Shown: positions 37,352-46,812, numbered from the stretch's first letter. The stretch is 64,000 nt of DNA from Methanobacteriota archaeon (GCA_002718195.1 PBDU01000011.1:219927-283926); one strand, 5' to 3'. Numbers and translations are program-made. The notes: generated by a model not told the origin, from the letters alone.

Positions 37352-38698
37352 TCACTTATTCGGGAAAGTCATCTTGGGCCATTGTTCGAAATTGTCTGTT
37401 GTCCATGGTAAGGAGCATAGTAAACTCTCCATTTTTTCGAACGAGGTTATACTTCGCTCAACCTGTAATCTATACAACCAATCCTTAAGACAGCCAAGTT
37501 TTTTTCCACTGGGAATTCCAGTCGTTCTCATCAAATATTCTCCATCCAATAACGGTAATGCGACCTTTGAGGGAATGGATTGATACCTTTCTATTGCTGA
37601 TAAAATTTCATTTGGCTCAATTTCGGATGAAGCTAAGGTTTGTATGTTGTGCTCTGAAATAATCTTCTGGAGAATTAAGTGTTCAAATCCATTTGGACCT
37701 AAAATGTGTTTGTGAACCCGTGATGACTCTATTGTAGAATCCGGAATATTTCCGATTAAACTATGCAAAAGCAAGCATTTTTTGCGGAATTCATTTGATG
37801 TTTTCATGTCTCGTAAAAATTTAGTAAGTCTCTCAGCCTCTAAATTACTGAACAACATCGCAACTCTTGCTTCAGTACTGAGTTTCAAGATATCCGGGCT
37901 ACTCAGTCCTCGAACAGCGCTATGACAATTTATAGGGTCAAGAGGAGAGAATATCGACAGTACTCCATCTTTCAGCATCTTCTCAACGATTTGTGAACAA
38001 TGCTTGCCTGCGATAATTTTAGAGAACTCTACATTTATCCGCTCGGATGAAATTTTATTCAAAATCTCAGATTGATTTCTTATTGAAATGGAAAGGTCTT
38101 GGTTCATAGGCCATATACCATTATCCCCTCTGTCCATAAATCGGTAAGCCCGCAAAATCCGTAATCCATCCTCTTTTATCCTTTGAGTGGGTATTCCAAC
38201 GGATTTTATGACACCTTTTTTCAGGTCTAATCTACCGTTGTGCGGGTCATGAAGAACTCTTCTTGCGACATCTATTGCCATTGCATTAATTGTGAAATCC
38301 CTACGTTCCAAATCCTTACTCAATGATGAGACAAGCTCTACGTGGTCAGGCCTTCTTCCATCTGAATATCCACTTTCTGAACGTAATGTAGTAGCCTCAT
38401 AATTCTGCTTAGAGCCCCTTAGAGTCACGCAGCCAAAATCTAAACCGGTTGGGATCGAATTGGGAAAAATTTTCATCATTTCTTGTGGTGAAAAATCCAC
38501 TGCAAGGTCAAAATCCTTCACTTTTTGTCCTAGCATCGAATCTCTGACGCAACCGCCCACTAGCCAGACTCCTCCGCCCTCAGTGGCTATTTTATTCAAT
38601 ATCTCAATGAGGTCATTTGGAAGGTTTTTGACAAAATCTTGGCTGTTTAATGGCAAATCCAAACCTGGTAAATCAGCCGGGTTGCCCTCAATCAACAA
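37352..38698 (-). CDS. Class II (bacterial/eukaryal-type) tRNA nucleotidyltransferase / poly(A) polymerase family protein (CCA-adding-like)
   Basis: Head-domain motifs GGCVRD, DFDLAVD and ERRDFTINAMA in the canonical order and spacing of Pol-beta class II NTases. Start uncertain: TTG at 38698 or an internal TTG ~38614. Confidence 0.8.
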   Translation of the reverse strand: MLIEGNPADLPGLDLPLNSQDFVKNLPNDLIEILNKIATEGGGVWLVGGCVRDSMLGQKVKDFDLAVDFSPQEMMKIFPNSIPTGLDFGCVTLRGSKQNYEATTLRSESGYSDGRRPDHVELVSSLSKDLERRDFTINAMAIDVARRVLHDPHNGRLDLKKGVIKSVGIPTQRIKEDGLRILRAYRFMDRGDNGIWPMNQDLSISIRNQSEILNKISSERINVEFSKIIAGKHCSQIVEKMLKDGVLSIFSPLDPINCHSAVRGLSSPDILKLSTEARVAMLFSNLEAERLTKFLRDMKTSNEFRKKCLLLHSLIGNIPDSTIESSRVHKHILGPNGFEHLILQKIISEHNIQTLASSEIEPNEILSAIERYQSIPSKVALPLLDGEYLMRTTGIPSGKKLGCLKDWLYRLQVERSITSFEKMESLLCSLPWTTDNFEQWPKMTFPNK

Positions 38699-38726
38699 GT
38701 AATCGCCTCTGTATGGACTGAAGCAG

Positions 38727-39176
38727 ATGCTAACTAAGGCTTATTGCATAGAATTCTGTGGTAAATGCATGGATGGCGAGTACAATATCGAGACCATCCG
38801 AGTAGATTTTCTAAAAACCCATGAGGAAATCAAGAGCAAGAAAGTTGTGAAATTATTTGAAATGACTCAAAAATGGGGTGCTCAAAGGAAACCTGTAATC
38901 ATTGATTCTTCTACTGGAGTAATCCTCGATGGGCATCACAGGTATGCGGTTGCTGTACAATTAAATCTGGAAAAAATCGCCGTAATCAGGGTAGATTACA
39001 TCGATGATGATAAAATAAAAGTAGAATCAAGAAATCAAAATAAACCATTCAGTAATTCTAAATCCGAGGTAATCAAGATGGGTTTATCGGAACAAAATTA
39101 CCCGGCAAAAACAACAAAACACATCTTTGATTTTGAAGTACCAGATATTTGGATTAATCTTGAGGAGCTTAGTTGA
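38727..39176 (+). CDS. ParB/sulfiredoxin-like N-terminal-domain protein
   Basis: VILDGHHRYAVA motif (DGHHR) typical of ParB N-terminal / Srx-fold proteins. 149 aa. Confidence 0.6.
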   Translation: MLTKAYCIEFCGKCMDGEYNIETIRVDFLKTHEEIKSKKVVKLFEMTQKWGAQRKPVIIDSSTGVILDGHHRYAVAVQLNLEKIAVIRVDYIDDDKIKVESRNQNKPFSNSKSEVIKMGLSEQNYPAKTTKHIFDFEVPDIWINLEELS

Positions 39177-40992
39177 CTTGTTTTGATGCTATTGCATATT
39201 GCCATTTAGAATTGCCATTGCCAACCATTTTGGCAGCGATAATAGGTTGTCCAGTGCAATTACAGGTGACTTCTCTGTACACTCCTTCTCTTGATATACC
39301 CATCATCACTTCTTCTCCAATTTTTCCCTTCAGAGATAGTTCTAGTGATTGCTTATTTGTAACCCTCAGTCCATCCACATGAATAATTTCATCACCGGGC
39401 ATCAAGGTTGATCTAGATGGTGAATTGTCGAGATGTGATGAAACCTTGACTTGGTTATCTTTTATTGAAATATTGACACCAAGCCAACCAGATTTTTCAT
39501 CTAGAATCGAATCCTCTTTCTTTTTGTCTGCCTCTAACTTTATTCCAAAGTTATTCATAGCGGATAATATATCAGGGCTGCCTCTTTCGTACATCAAAGA
39601 ATCAAGTAATTTCCCTAATCTAGAACAGCCTGGTAAAGATGTCAATTCTTTTCTTATTATCTTCCTGTTGATTCCTCTTTGTTTAGGGTCTTTAGCCTCA
39701 ATAGTATGCTTTCTATAGAGATTAGACATCAAATCATCTACCCCTATTTTCCCTTTTGTTCTCTTTCGCATTTCTGAATCAAGGACAAAAATTGCCAATT
39801 CACCTTCTAAGTAGTAATTAATTTGGCGCTCACTAGAAAACTCATGCCTTCTATAAAGATGAATCCAGGCGTCATGACTTGATTCAGCTAGTGATTCGTA
39901 ATTTGCACCATTTCTAGAAAGGTGCCTTTTGTACTTCCTGGTGAAATCTTTGCGATACTGCTCTTCATCCCATGCGCCAGAGCGCAAGCAAATGATGTCG
40001 CCCATCCAAGATGTGCCTCCCTCAAACCACCAAAGAAGATCTGAGTTCACTTCCCTTTGAAGATCGTAATCAAGGAAATTTTTGGGTCTTAATCTCTTTA
40101 CATTCCATTGATGTAAGTATTCATGCGAAAATAAGGATATAAGGTCTAAATATTCTGATTTATTTCCCTTCATTAGACTCTTCCTAGGCATCATTGAGGT
40201 TTGTGAATCTTCATGTTCAAGACCGCCTCTTGAAGAGTTGGTGAAATGTAATACTGTGATGTATTCCTTCCAATCAGGTATCCCGAATAATGCGTTGTGT
40301 TCTTTGATTATTTTAGTCGCATCTTCGATGAACTTATCCACCATTTCTTTGTCAAAATCATAACCACCACTATCCCACAATTTTAGGATATGATTTCTCC
40401 CATCTACCTCCCAAGCGATGGACTCATTGGAATTCGCTTCCAAAATAGAATCGAGGAAACGGTCTCTGTTTTCGCTAACGTATGACCACTCCTTTTCATC
40501 ACCGTTTTCTTCAACTTCTAACAAATTCATTTGGGTAACTGCTTCCCATTCTTTAGGCAAACTCGCACTAAAGTAAATTGAATTGTCTTTCCATGATTTG
40601 TCAATACCCCGTGTTGGAAGCAAGAAGGTGAAAGGGGGCATCATGTGTAAATGAGAATTATCCAGATGAGTTGAACGAACGGTCATTTCTCTGCAAATTA
40701 TTTCCCATGAAATGTCAATAAAATCTAGACCTTTAATGTCATTTATGATAACTTTGTCAACCCCGCTTCTAGTGCACTTCAATTTATTTCCATTCTTTGT
40801 TGAAGCAATTATCTCGCTAACATATTGCATTGGTTCTCTGATAAAATAAGAACCAGGTATCCAGCGTGGAAATGCCAACTCTAGGATGTTTGAATCAAAC
40901 TTTCCCTCAATTTTCAACCCGCAATGAAGATATTGCTCAGCACGGGAAGAAGTGGATATTCTGTACTCGAGTTTTTGGCTCACCATACTCAA
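39169..40992 (-). CDS. M61 glycyl-aminopeptidase-like zinc metallopeptidase with C-terminal PDZ domain
   Basis: HEYLHQWN HExxH motif. Overall M61 arrangement. C-terminal PDZ-like segment (GWLGVNI...MPGDEIIHVDG). Confidence 0.75.
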   Translation of the reverse strand: MSMVSQKLEYRISTSSRAEQYLHCGLKIEGKFDSNILELAFPRWIPGSYFIREPMQYVSEIIASTKNGNKLKCTRSGVDKVIINDIKGLDFIDISWEIICREMTVRSTHLDNSHLHMMPPFTFLLPTRGIDKSWKDNSIYFSASLPKEWEAVTQMNLLEVEENGDEKEWSYVSENRDRFLDSILEANSNESIAWEVDGRNHILKLWDSGGYDFDKEMVDKFIEDATKIIKEHNALFGIPDWKEYITVLHFTNSSRGGLEHEDSQTSMMPRKSLMKGNKSEYLDLISLFSHEYLHQWNVKRLRPKNFLDYDLQREVNSDLLWWFEGGTSWMGDIICLRSGAWDEEQYRKDFTRKYKRHLSRNGANYESLAESSHDAWIHLYRRHEFSSERQINYYLEGELAIFVLDSEMRKRTKGKIGVDDLMSNLYRKHTIEAKDPKQRGINRKIIRKELTSLPGCSRLGKLLDSLMYERGSPDILSAMNNFGIKLEADKKKEDSILDEKSGWLGVNISIKDNQVKVSSHLDNSPSRSTLMPGDEIIHVDGLRVTNKQSLELSLKGKIGEEVMMGISREGVYREVTCNCTGQPIIAAKMVGNGNSKWQYAIASKQVN

Positions 40993-41999
40993 ATCTCTGC
41001 CGAGGCGGTTGAAAGCATATGTGCCTCTTGGACAAGCAAATCATGCTCTTTAGCGGCTAGAATTTTTTCTACAATATTTTGGACGAAGTCATCATTAGGT
41101 CTGCCAACTAATGTTTCTACTAGCCTGACGCGTTGTACTATGTCTATTGAAGAGTCAAAAATCAACATCTCCCTGTACTTGTCAAAACCATCACCTTGTT
41201 TCCTAACAATCCATCTTGATAACAAATTTTTATCTCCGGAATTATGAATTGACAGAATAGCGGGGTGGTCTGAAGTATCACAATATTTTGACAAGAGGCT
41301 AAGGAATTCTTTCTGTTCTTTTGTATTTAAATGAAGAGTTGCTTTCCCCACCCTAGAATCTTTATTCTTCAATAAGATCGGAACTAACTCAATTTTTCCA
41401 ACTTCTCTTTTCATTGTTTCATCTAATTCATTATCTGTTAATGCAACATTTCTCTTATTGAGCTCTCTTATGCAGTTTTTGAAAACAATATCATCATCAT
41501 CGGCAAGCATTTTTTTTACATCTTTGTCATTCAGCGATGGACTACTAACTACTTCTCTCCTGACGATAGAATTTTGATGGTTAGTTAAGTCTGTATTCAA
41601 TTCACTAGTTCCTTTCTTTGCTATGTACATAGCAGCGAATTTTACAGCGGAAATGTCATTGGATTCGATTAACTTCATGGCTTGTTTTGTACAATCAGTA
41701 TTCATTTTTTCAAGAATCGTTGATGCAGTTCTATTTGCTTCAACCCTAGTTGACTCAATCAATGGGTCCAAAGAAGATGCTTCTTGGTATGGCGCCCAAT
41801 TTCGATAGGCTTCGAGTGCTTTGCCTCTAAACCAAGGGTCCTCATCACTCAACATTGCTTCAAATGCATGTAGATTATCAGGGTCATTTGCTTCGAACAA
41901 TACTCTGATTGCTCGTCTTCTGTGACGAATGTCTTTATGCTTTAATTTTGCAATTGCACTTTGTATTCCTGCAGAAATTCTACCACCCCTCGAAGTCAA
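40989..41999 (-). CDS. HEAT/ARM-repeat protein
   Basis: Repeated helical hairpins with a conserved D/R pattern (RRRAIRVLFE...DPWFRGKALEA). Overlaps the downstream M61 gene by 4 nt. Confidence 0.55.
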   Translation of the reverse strand: MTSRGGRISAGIQSAIAKLKHKDIRHRRRAIRVLFEANDPDNLHAFEAMLSDEDPWFRGKALEAYRNWAPYQEASSLDPLIESTRVEANRTASTILEKMNTDCTKQAMKLIESNDISAVKFAAMYIAKKGTSELNTDLTNHQNSIVRREVVSSPSLNDKDVKKMLADDDDIVFKNCIRELNKRNVALTDNELDETMKREVGKIELVPILLKNKDSRVGKATLHLNTKEQKEFLSLLSKYCDTSDHPAILSIHNSGDKNLLSRWIVRKQGDGFDKYREMLIFDSSIDIVQRVRLVETLVGRPNDDFVQNIVEKILAAKEHDLLVQEAHMLSTASAEI

Positions 42000-42918
42000 A
42001 ATCTTTTCCGCCGGGGTTCTGTATTTCAGGATTTAAGAGGCGAGAAAAGAAAGGCCAGATTGGCAAAATATAAGCAGCATTGTCAACTAAAATATTGACG
42101 AATGGATGATTTTTTTCATCCAGGGCAGGCGACATGTCTAGGGGGAGATTTCTGACATCAACTACTAAATCGGTCAATTTGCAAATGTGATGGTCATCCA
42201 GTTGACCTAGTTGTTCCATAATGTCAACGGTAATCTCTAGAATATCAGAGAATTCCCAAGGTGAAATTGGAGATATGCTCGAGTCTAATACATCTAGAGG
42301 ACCGAAACATACGGGTCCAAGATTGGTTGAAACAGTTCCTTGTGAGGTGACTTCTACTTTCATCAGATCTTGTCTTCGTGTATTTCCTACTGGTGCGATA
42401 ATTTTCGATCCAACTTCCAGAGATTCAATTAGCCAAGAGGGTATTTCGTCTATTTGTCCAGTTATGAGAACCCTATCTGGATTCCTAGGAAAGTGCTCTG
42501 GTTTTGAATTTGAGTTTGAAAAAAGTTTGATTTTTATTGTCGGCCACCCGGATAGGGAATTTATTGAATGCTGATAAACTTCATCATTTTGTTCAAATAA
42601 GTGAACTTCGCCTTTCTGATCAATAATTTTTGCAATTAAACCAGCAATATATCCTCCTTTGGATCCTAACTGGCAGACTTCATGCCCATTCTCCAAGTCC
42701 AGCTCAGAAAGGAGCGTGGTTATCATATGAGGTGCTGAAATAGATTTTTTTGCACCATTTTTACATTTTATGAATTGAACTGGAAAATCGTGATAAAAAG
42801 CCTCTGAATTTGGGCAGAATTGTTCTACTGGCAAGTCAAGCATGGCTTCTTTGACTTTTTTTGGGATTAGGAAGCCACTTCTAGCAAGCCTCCGAAGCAG
42901 GTCTTGCATCTCTCCCAT
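41980..42918 (-). CDS. pcm: Protein-L-isoaspartate O-methyltransferase-like with ~100-aa C-terminal extension
   Basis: SISAPHMITTLLSELDLENGHEVCQLGSKGGY matches PIMT motifs pre-I and I (SAPHMxA...LEIGTGSGY). Confidence 0.7.
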   Translation of the reverse strand: MGEMQDLLRRLARSGFLIPKKVKEAMLDLPVEQFCPNSEAFYHDFPVQFIKCKNGAKKSISAPHMITTLLSELDLENGHEVCQLGSKGGYIAGLIAKIIDQKGEVHLFEQNDEVYQHSINSLSGWPTIKIKLFSNSNSKPEHFPRNPDRVLITGQIDEIPSWLIESLEVGSKIIAPVGNTRRQDLMKVEVTSQGTVSTNLGPVCFGPLDVLDSSISPISPWEFSDILEITVDIMEQLGQLDDHHICKLTDLVVDVRNLPLDMSPALDEKNHPFVNILVDNAAYILPIWPFFSRLLNPEIQNPGGKDFDFEGW

Positions 42919-42958
42919 GACAAGGGTAATCTTTCCTCACTCAAAAGGTCGTTCATGA

Positions 42959-43843
42959 TTACTTTTGTTTTTTCTGAGCAGTAGTTAGATTTTCTTCATA
43001 GTACGAGATTACATCTTCACTCGATGAAATCATCAAAGAGTTCTCATCTACGAGGGAATCTTCGTTTTCATTCTGGATGTTTGATTTAATTTCATCCCAC
43101 ATTTTTTCAAACTCTTTGTCATGGATATAATCTGAATTTTCTGCATCAGTTTGTACTTGGTTAATCATTTCGCTGATAACTTTTGGAGAAGTATAATTCG
43201 ATTCCAAAGCAGAGAATGCCTCGTCTGCTAAAATAGCACTAATTCTGGTAAGATGTTCACTTACTGTTGCACGTGCTAGGTTCAACTCAACCGCTAGTTC
43301 CCCAACTCTTGTTCTCCGAGGATAATCCCAATATCCTGCTCTGTATGCGTGCAATGCGATTGCAAGTTGCTTTTCATTGAGTGGAGATGCCGACTCGTTT
43401 GCATAATCTAGTTTTGAAACTTGGATGCTGTCGGGTTTGGCATATGCTTTGATGAAGGTATGTAGCAGCGAGATCTTCATCCTACTTCCTCGAATTTTGT
43501 ACGTTAATGCGTTTTGAGTAAGTTTGGAGCCAGCGATTGTTGATGTTCCACCAGTTCTGGAATTCATATTTGAGACGGGATGATCCAATTTTAGTTTAAG
43601 CAAATAATTTCCATTTGTTGTGTTTGGTTCTTGGATGACCTCTAGAACTTCGATGTAGTAGATGTTGTTTAATTCTTCAGGTTCTTGATTTTCAAGGAAC
43701 TTAGCCTCTGCAAGAATAACAACATTACGCGGCGTTCTTCGAATATATGACAGAAAAGTGATTTCTTCCAGAATATCCAGTAGAGGGGCGAGGTCTGTTC
43801 TTTCCAAAGCAGGTCTTGACCAGGTAAATTTGACCTGCCTCAT
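42959..43843 (-). CDS. Transcriptional regulator with C-terminal HTH_10 (bacterio-opsin-activator-type) domain
   Basis: Segment LNEKQLAIALHAYRAGYWDYPRRTRVGELAVELNLARATVSEHLTRI is a typical HTH_10 domain. N-terminal ~190 aa of unknown sensor type. Confidence 0.65.
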   Translation of the reverse strand: MRQVKFTWSRPALERTDLAPLLDILEEITFLSYIRRTPRNVVILAEAKFLENQEPEELNNIYYIEVLEVIQEPNTTNGNYLLKLKLDHPVSNMNSRTGGTSTIAGSKLTQNALTYKIRGSRMKISLLHTFIKAYAKPDSIQVSKLDYANESASPLNEKQLAIALHAYRAGYWDYPRRTRVGELAVELNLARATVSEHLTRISAILADEAFSALESNYTSPKVISEMINQVQTDAENSDYIHDKEFEKMWDEIKSNIQNENEDSLVDENSLMISSSEDVISYYEENLTTAQKKQK

Positions 43844-43890
43844 ACAGTTGAGGGCATAAAATCCGATAATAAATTTTTACCAGTATCTTT

Positions 43891-44541
43891 CTACAGCCAG
43901 GTATCTAATATAAACTGGATTGAAAATAAAATAAGCCCGGTGATTACAATAAACGTTATGTTTCTTCTCCTATTTCTGACCTTATCCGATTCCAAGGCAC
44001 AGACTTCAATCGATTTTGAAAATGATTTAATTTCAAAACTCTCTGATTCAATTTCCTTTAGCCTGTTTAGGACATTTGTTCTTAGTTTCTGGTGCTCATC
44101 ACTAGAATGTCCAACTATGTACCTCACCGGATGATTTGCGTAAAGGTGAAGGGTTCTTTCCAGAATTTCCATGGAATGACTTGAATTTCGCAGGTCTATT
44201 GCTAGTCTAACTTTCTCGTCTCGTACGTGGCTTAGGAATCTCCATCTACCTCTGCCTTCTTCGTATCTGGAGAGAGTTTTAGATAATTCGGAGAGATTTA
44301 TTTCCATTCTATCACCTCTTACAATTTTCTTTTTCCACAAGAATGGAGTCAGGAAAAATCCACACAACACGGTTGCATAGAGCAATATATTCCCATGCCT
44401 CTCAAGATTCATAGGATCTGAAAGTACGGAAAATGTAGAACCCGCTAGACCCACATAAATGCCTACGACTATGGAAGAAGCAATTGCCTTACCCAGGCTC
44501 ACTCTTTCCTCTTCCATGGAGGGCGCTGGAATCTCATTCAA
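43891..44541 (-). CDS. Hypothetical membrane protein
   Basis: Two N-terminal TM helices, a cytoplasmic basic domain, and a C-terminal TM. Confidence 0.45.
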   Translation of the reverse strand: MNEIPAPSMEEERVSLGKAIASSIVVGIYVGLAGSTFSVLSDPMNLERHGNILLYATVLCGFFLTPFLWKKKIVRGDRMEINLSELSKTLSRYEEGRGRWRFLSHVRDEKVRLAIDLRNSSHSMEILERTLHLYANHPVRYIVGHSSDEHQKLRTNVLNRLKEIESESFEIKSFSKSIEVCALESDKVRNRRRNITFIVITGLILFSIQFILDTWL

Positions 44542-44591
44542 ATTATTCTATCGCGACTAATCTCTATTAGCCTAGGTTTATTGGGGGATAT

Positions 44592-45317
44592 ATGAAGAAT
44601 GGGAGGGAAGAGAGGGACCGAGAACTAAAGGTTAGTAACTGGGTTTTGGGTGTTTCCTTATTTTTCTTCATTTCATTTTTCCTGGCACCTGCCTTAGTAG
44701 CACAGGGAACGATAACTGATTTAGAGGGCAGGGCAAATGCAATTGATTTTGCAAGCGAGGATGGAAGATACGGTTACGGCAATCAACACGGGGATGAAAA
44801 CAGGACATTCGTTTGGACAGAACTAAACTTCTATTCTGCTTTCATCTACGCATTTGGAGATTTTAATTGCCACAACAAAGCCGAGCGTTCCTGGGATATT
44901 AACGGAAATCAAATGCCGGTTTGCACTCGGGACCTAGGCATATTCTTGGGAGTAGCAATCGGAGGAACTGTGTTTAGACAAAGGGGATTTAACCGTTGGA
45001 CAGTCAAGGATTCTGTATTATCCATATTCAAGGAATCTTTCTTGGATAAAATATACGCAAAAGGCTGGCGTAACTACCTCTTTTTTGGTTGTGCTCTATT
45101 GACCATTCTTCCTTTAGCCATCGATGGATTTACACAATTATTGACCTCGTATGAATCTAACAATCCATTGAGGATAGCAACAGGATTACCATTTGGATTT
45201 GGACTTGGAATATTGATCGCTGGAATGTACTCTGCTAGACCGAATCTTTTCTCTAATGTTTCACAAGTAAAGTTGCCAGCTGGGATTAGATTTGAACTTC
45301 TAAAGAATGAAGAGTGA
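44592..45317 (+). CDS. Hypothetical polytopic membrane protein (DUF2085-like, conserved Cys pair)
   Basis: Hydrophobic helices flanking FGDFNCHNKAERSW...CTRDLG. Its last 13 codons lie inside the 50-bp direct repeat. Confidence 0.5.
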   Translation: MKNGREERDRELKVSNWVLGVSLFFFISFFLAPALVAQGTITDLEGRANAIDFASEDGRYGYGNQHGDENRTFVWTELNFYSAFIYAFGDFNCHNKAERSWDINGNQMPVCTRDLGIFLGVAIGGTVFRQRGFNRWTVKDSVLSIFKESFLDKIYAKGWRNYLFFGCALLTILPLAIDGFTQLLTSYESNNPLRIATGLPFGFGLGILIAGMYSARPNLFSNVSQVKLPAGIRFELLKNEE

Positions 45318-45325
45318 ATCACTCA
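45276..45325. repeat. Left copy of 50-bp imperfect direct repeat (attL-like)
   Basis: CCAGCTGGGATTAGATTTGAACTTCTAAAGAATGAAGAGTGAATCACTCA. 48/50 identical to the copy at 46763-46812. Confidence 0.85.
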
Positions 45326-46762
45326 CGAGAATATATTTAATCAAGAAGTGGTAAATCAAACCGCTTGAATTTTCAAAGCAGATACTGAAAGTATAAGTCA
45401 GATTTCATCAATCATCTTGAAATATCCAGATAATACCTCAACATAATTTCGTTTTACACCACCTGTCCACTCCACTTTGAACCTTAGCCTGATGATGTCG
45501 TATTTCTCACCATTAACCTTGCAAGAGATTGTGATTTTTGGTATGGGTAGACCTTCGTTACTCCTTGGTTTAGATAACTCGTATTTTGCCGAAAATTCGT
45601 GCTGTTTTCCTTCTAATTTCTGCTTAATTTGTTTATAATTAATCTGTTTTACACCATTGCTGATGTCTAGGATAATCAGTTCCTTGCCCCTAGTTGAAAG
45701 CTCAACAAGTGAATCTGATAGGACCTCGTAATAATTGTTTACTTTGAAAGCCTTGTTAAGTTCCTTACACATCGATTCGTATACCTTTTTTACATATTCC
45801 ACATAGTTATCCTTGGCATTTATATTGGAAGGTTGTTTTATTTTTTGTAACTCTCTAATGACAACATTTTTTTCAACAAATGCTTCAAAAAATTTCTCTT
45901 TATTTTTTGGGTCGTTAAGTTTTTTGAGATAATCGTATCCTCCCATCTGTGAAAATTGTCCGTGACCGCCTTTAATCGAAAATAACATTACATTATCTTT
46001 CCCTTTTTTTAAACAAACATCTTCTTTTTTCACCTTTTGGTTGGATAACCCGTCAGCAACGACTTCTGTATATTCAAGTTCCTTGAATCCTTCTAGAAAC
46101 TTATGAATACTTTTCAGAGCAACTTCTCTTTCTTTTTTCGCAAATTTTTCCCATTGATTCAAGCGCTCAATCTTGACACCGGAATAATTACTCGATGCCA
46201 GATTTATGCTTAATTTGATTTTATCACCTTTGGGGCAAGTTTCTTCATGTTCAATTGGCTTACCTTTTGTCCTTCTATCAGGTAATTTATTATCAATGAA
46301 TTCTTCTATTTCTTTCACTTTTGGATTCTTCCCCAAAACCTTTCTTAAGAATAGAGCAATTGCGAACAAGGCTTCCTTAACATCCCCTAAATTATACGGT
46401 TTCCTTCTTCCATCTATGGATCCTTCACCCTCCTTTACTGTTAATTTGAAACCTTGGGATTCAATTTCCTCAAGAAGTTGGTGTATTGGTTTTTTGACTA
46501 TGCGGCAAACGTCCTGGTTAATTTTCACTTGCCTCCCTGGTTTTTGCTTATCATCAAGAATCAAGTACGCCTTTTTATCCATATTTTGAATCCATTTACG
46601 CAATTTTTCTATTTCCTCTTTTGCAGTTTTAGAATAATTTGTTCCCTTAATGTGTTTCTTCTTTTGTAACTTAATCGAGAACCCCATACTATATTGCCTA
46701 TGTTATACGATATTTGAATCCTTTTAAGGGCAGCGTTTTTCCATCATCTATACGAAAATTAC
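45326..46762. mobile_element. ~1.44-kb low-GC inserted cassette bounded by 50-bp direct repeats (probable integration remnant; no integrase)
   Basis: Bounded by near-identical 50-mers. Markedly more AT-rich than its flanks. Carries one lysine-rich orphan ORF. The repeat reconstitutes the 3' end of the upstream gene. Confidence 0.6.
45398..46687 (-). CDS. Lysine-rich orphan protein (429 aa) carried on the inserted cassette
   Basis: Long uninterrupted ORF in an AT-rich segment. About 20% Lys. No nuclease, methylase or integrase motif recognisable by eye. Confidence 0.6.
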   Translation of the reverse strand: MGFSIKLQKKKHIKGTNYSKTAKEEIEKLRKWIQNMDKKAYLILDDKQKPGRQVKINQDVCRIVKKPIHQLLEEIESQGFKLTVKEGEGSIDGRRKPYNLGDVKEALFAIALFLRKVLGKNPKVKEIEEFIDNKLPDRRTKGKPIEHEETCPKGDKIKLSINLASSNYSGVKIERLNQWEKFAKKEREVALKSIHKFLEGFKELEYTEVVADGLSNQKVKKEDVCLKKGKDNVMLFSIKGGHGQFSQMGGYDYLKKLNDPKNKEKFFEAFVEKNVVIRELQKIKQPSNINAKDNYVEYVKKVYESMCKELNKAFKVNNYYEVLSDSLVELSTRGKELIILDISNGVKQINYKQIKQKLEGKQHEFSAKYELSKPRSNEGLPIPKITISCKVNGEKYDIIRLRFKVEWTGGVKRNYVEVLSGYFKMIDEI

Positions 46763-46812
46763 CGGCTGGGATTAGATTTGAACTTCTCAAGAATGAAGAG
46801 TGAATCACTCAG
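46763..46812. repeat. Right copy of 50-bp imperfect direct repeat (attR-like)
   Basis: CCGGCTGGGATTAGATTTGAACTTCTCAAGAATGAAGAGTGAATCACTCA. Overlaps the last codons and stop of the tmk-fusion gene on the opposite strand. Confidence 0.85.

Noticed and set aside
36689-37411. 240-aa Ser/Thr/Cys-rich plus-strand ORF
   Set aside because: It is the antisense shadow of the acidic minus-strand gene 36412-37305 (GAx codons read as xTC on the opposite strand). Low-complexity Ser runs, no start context.
45398-46687. Attempt to classify the lysine-rich cassette protein as a restriction endonuclease or HNH/GIY-YIG nuclease
   Set aside because: No CxxC pairs, no GIY-YIG, and no convincing PD-(D/E)xK spacing could be found by eye. 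Left as unknown rather than given a functional call.
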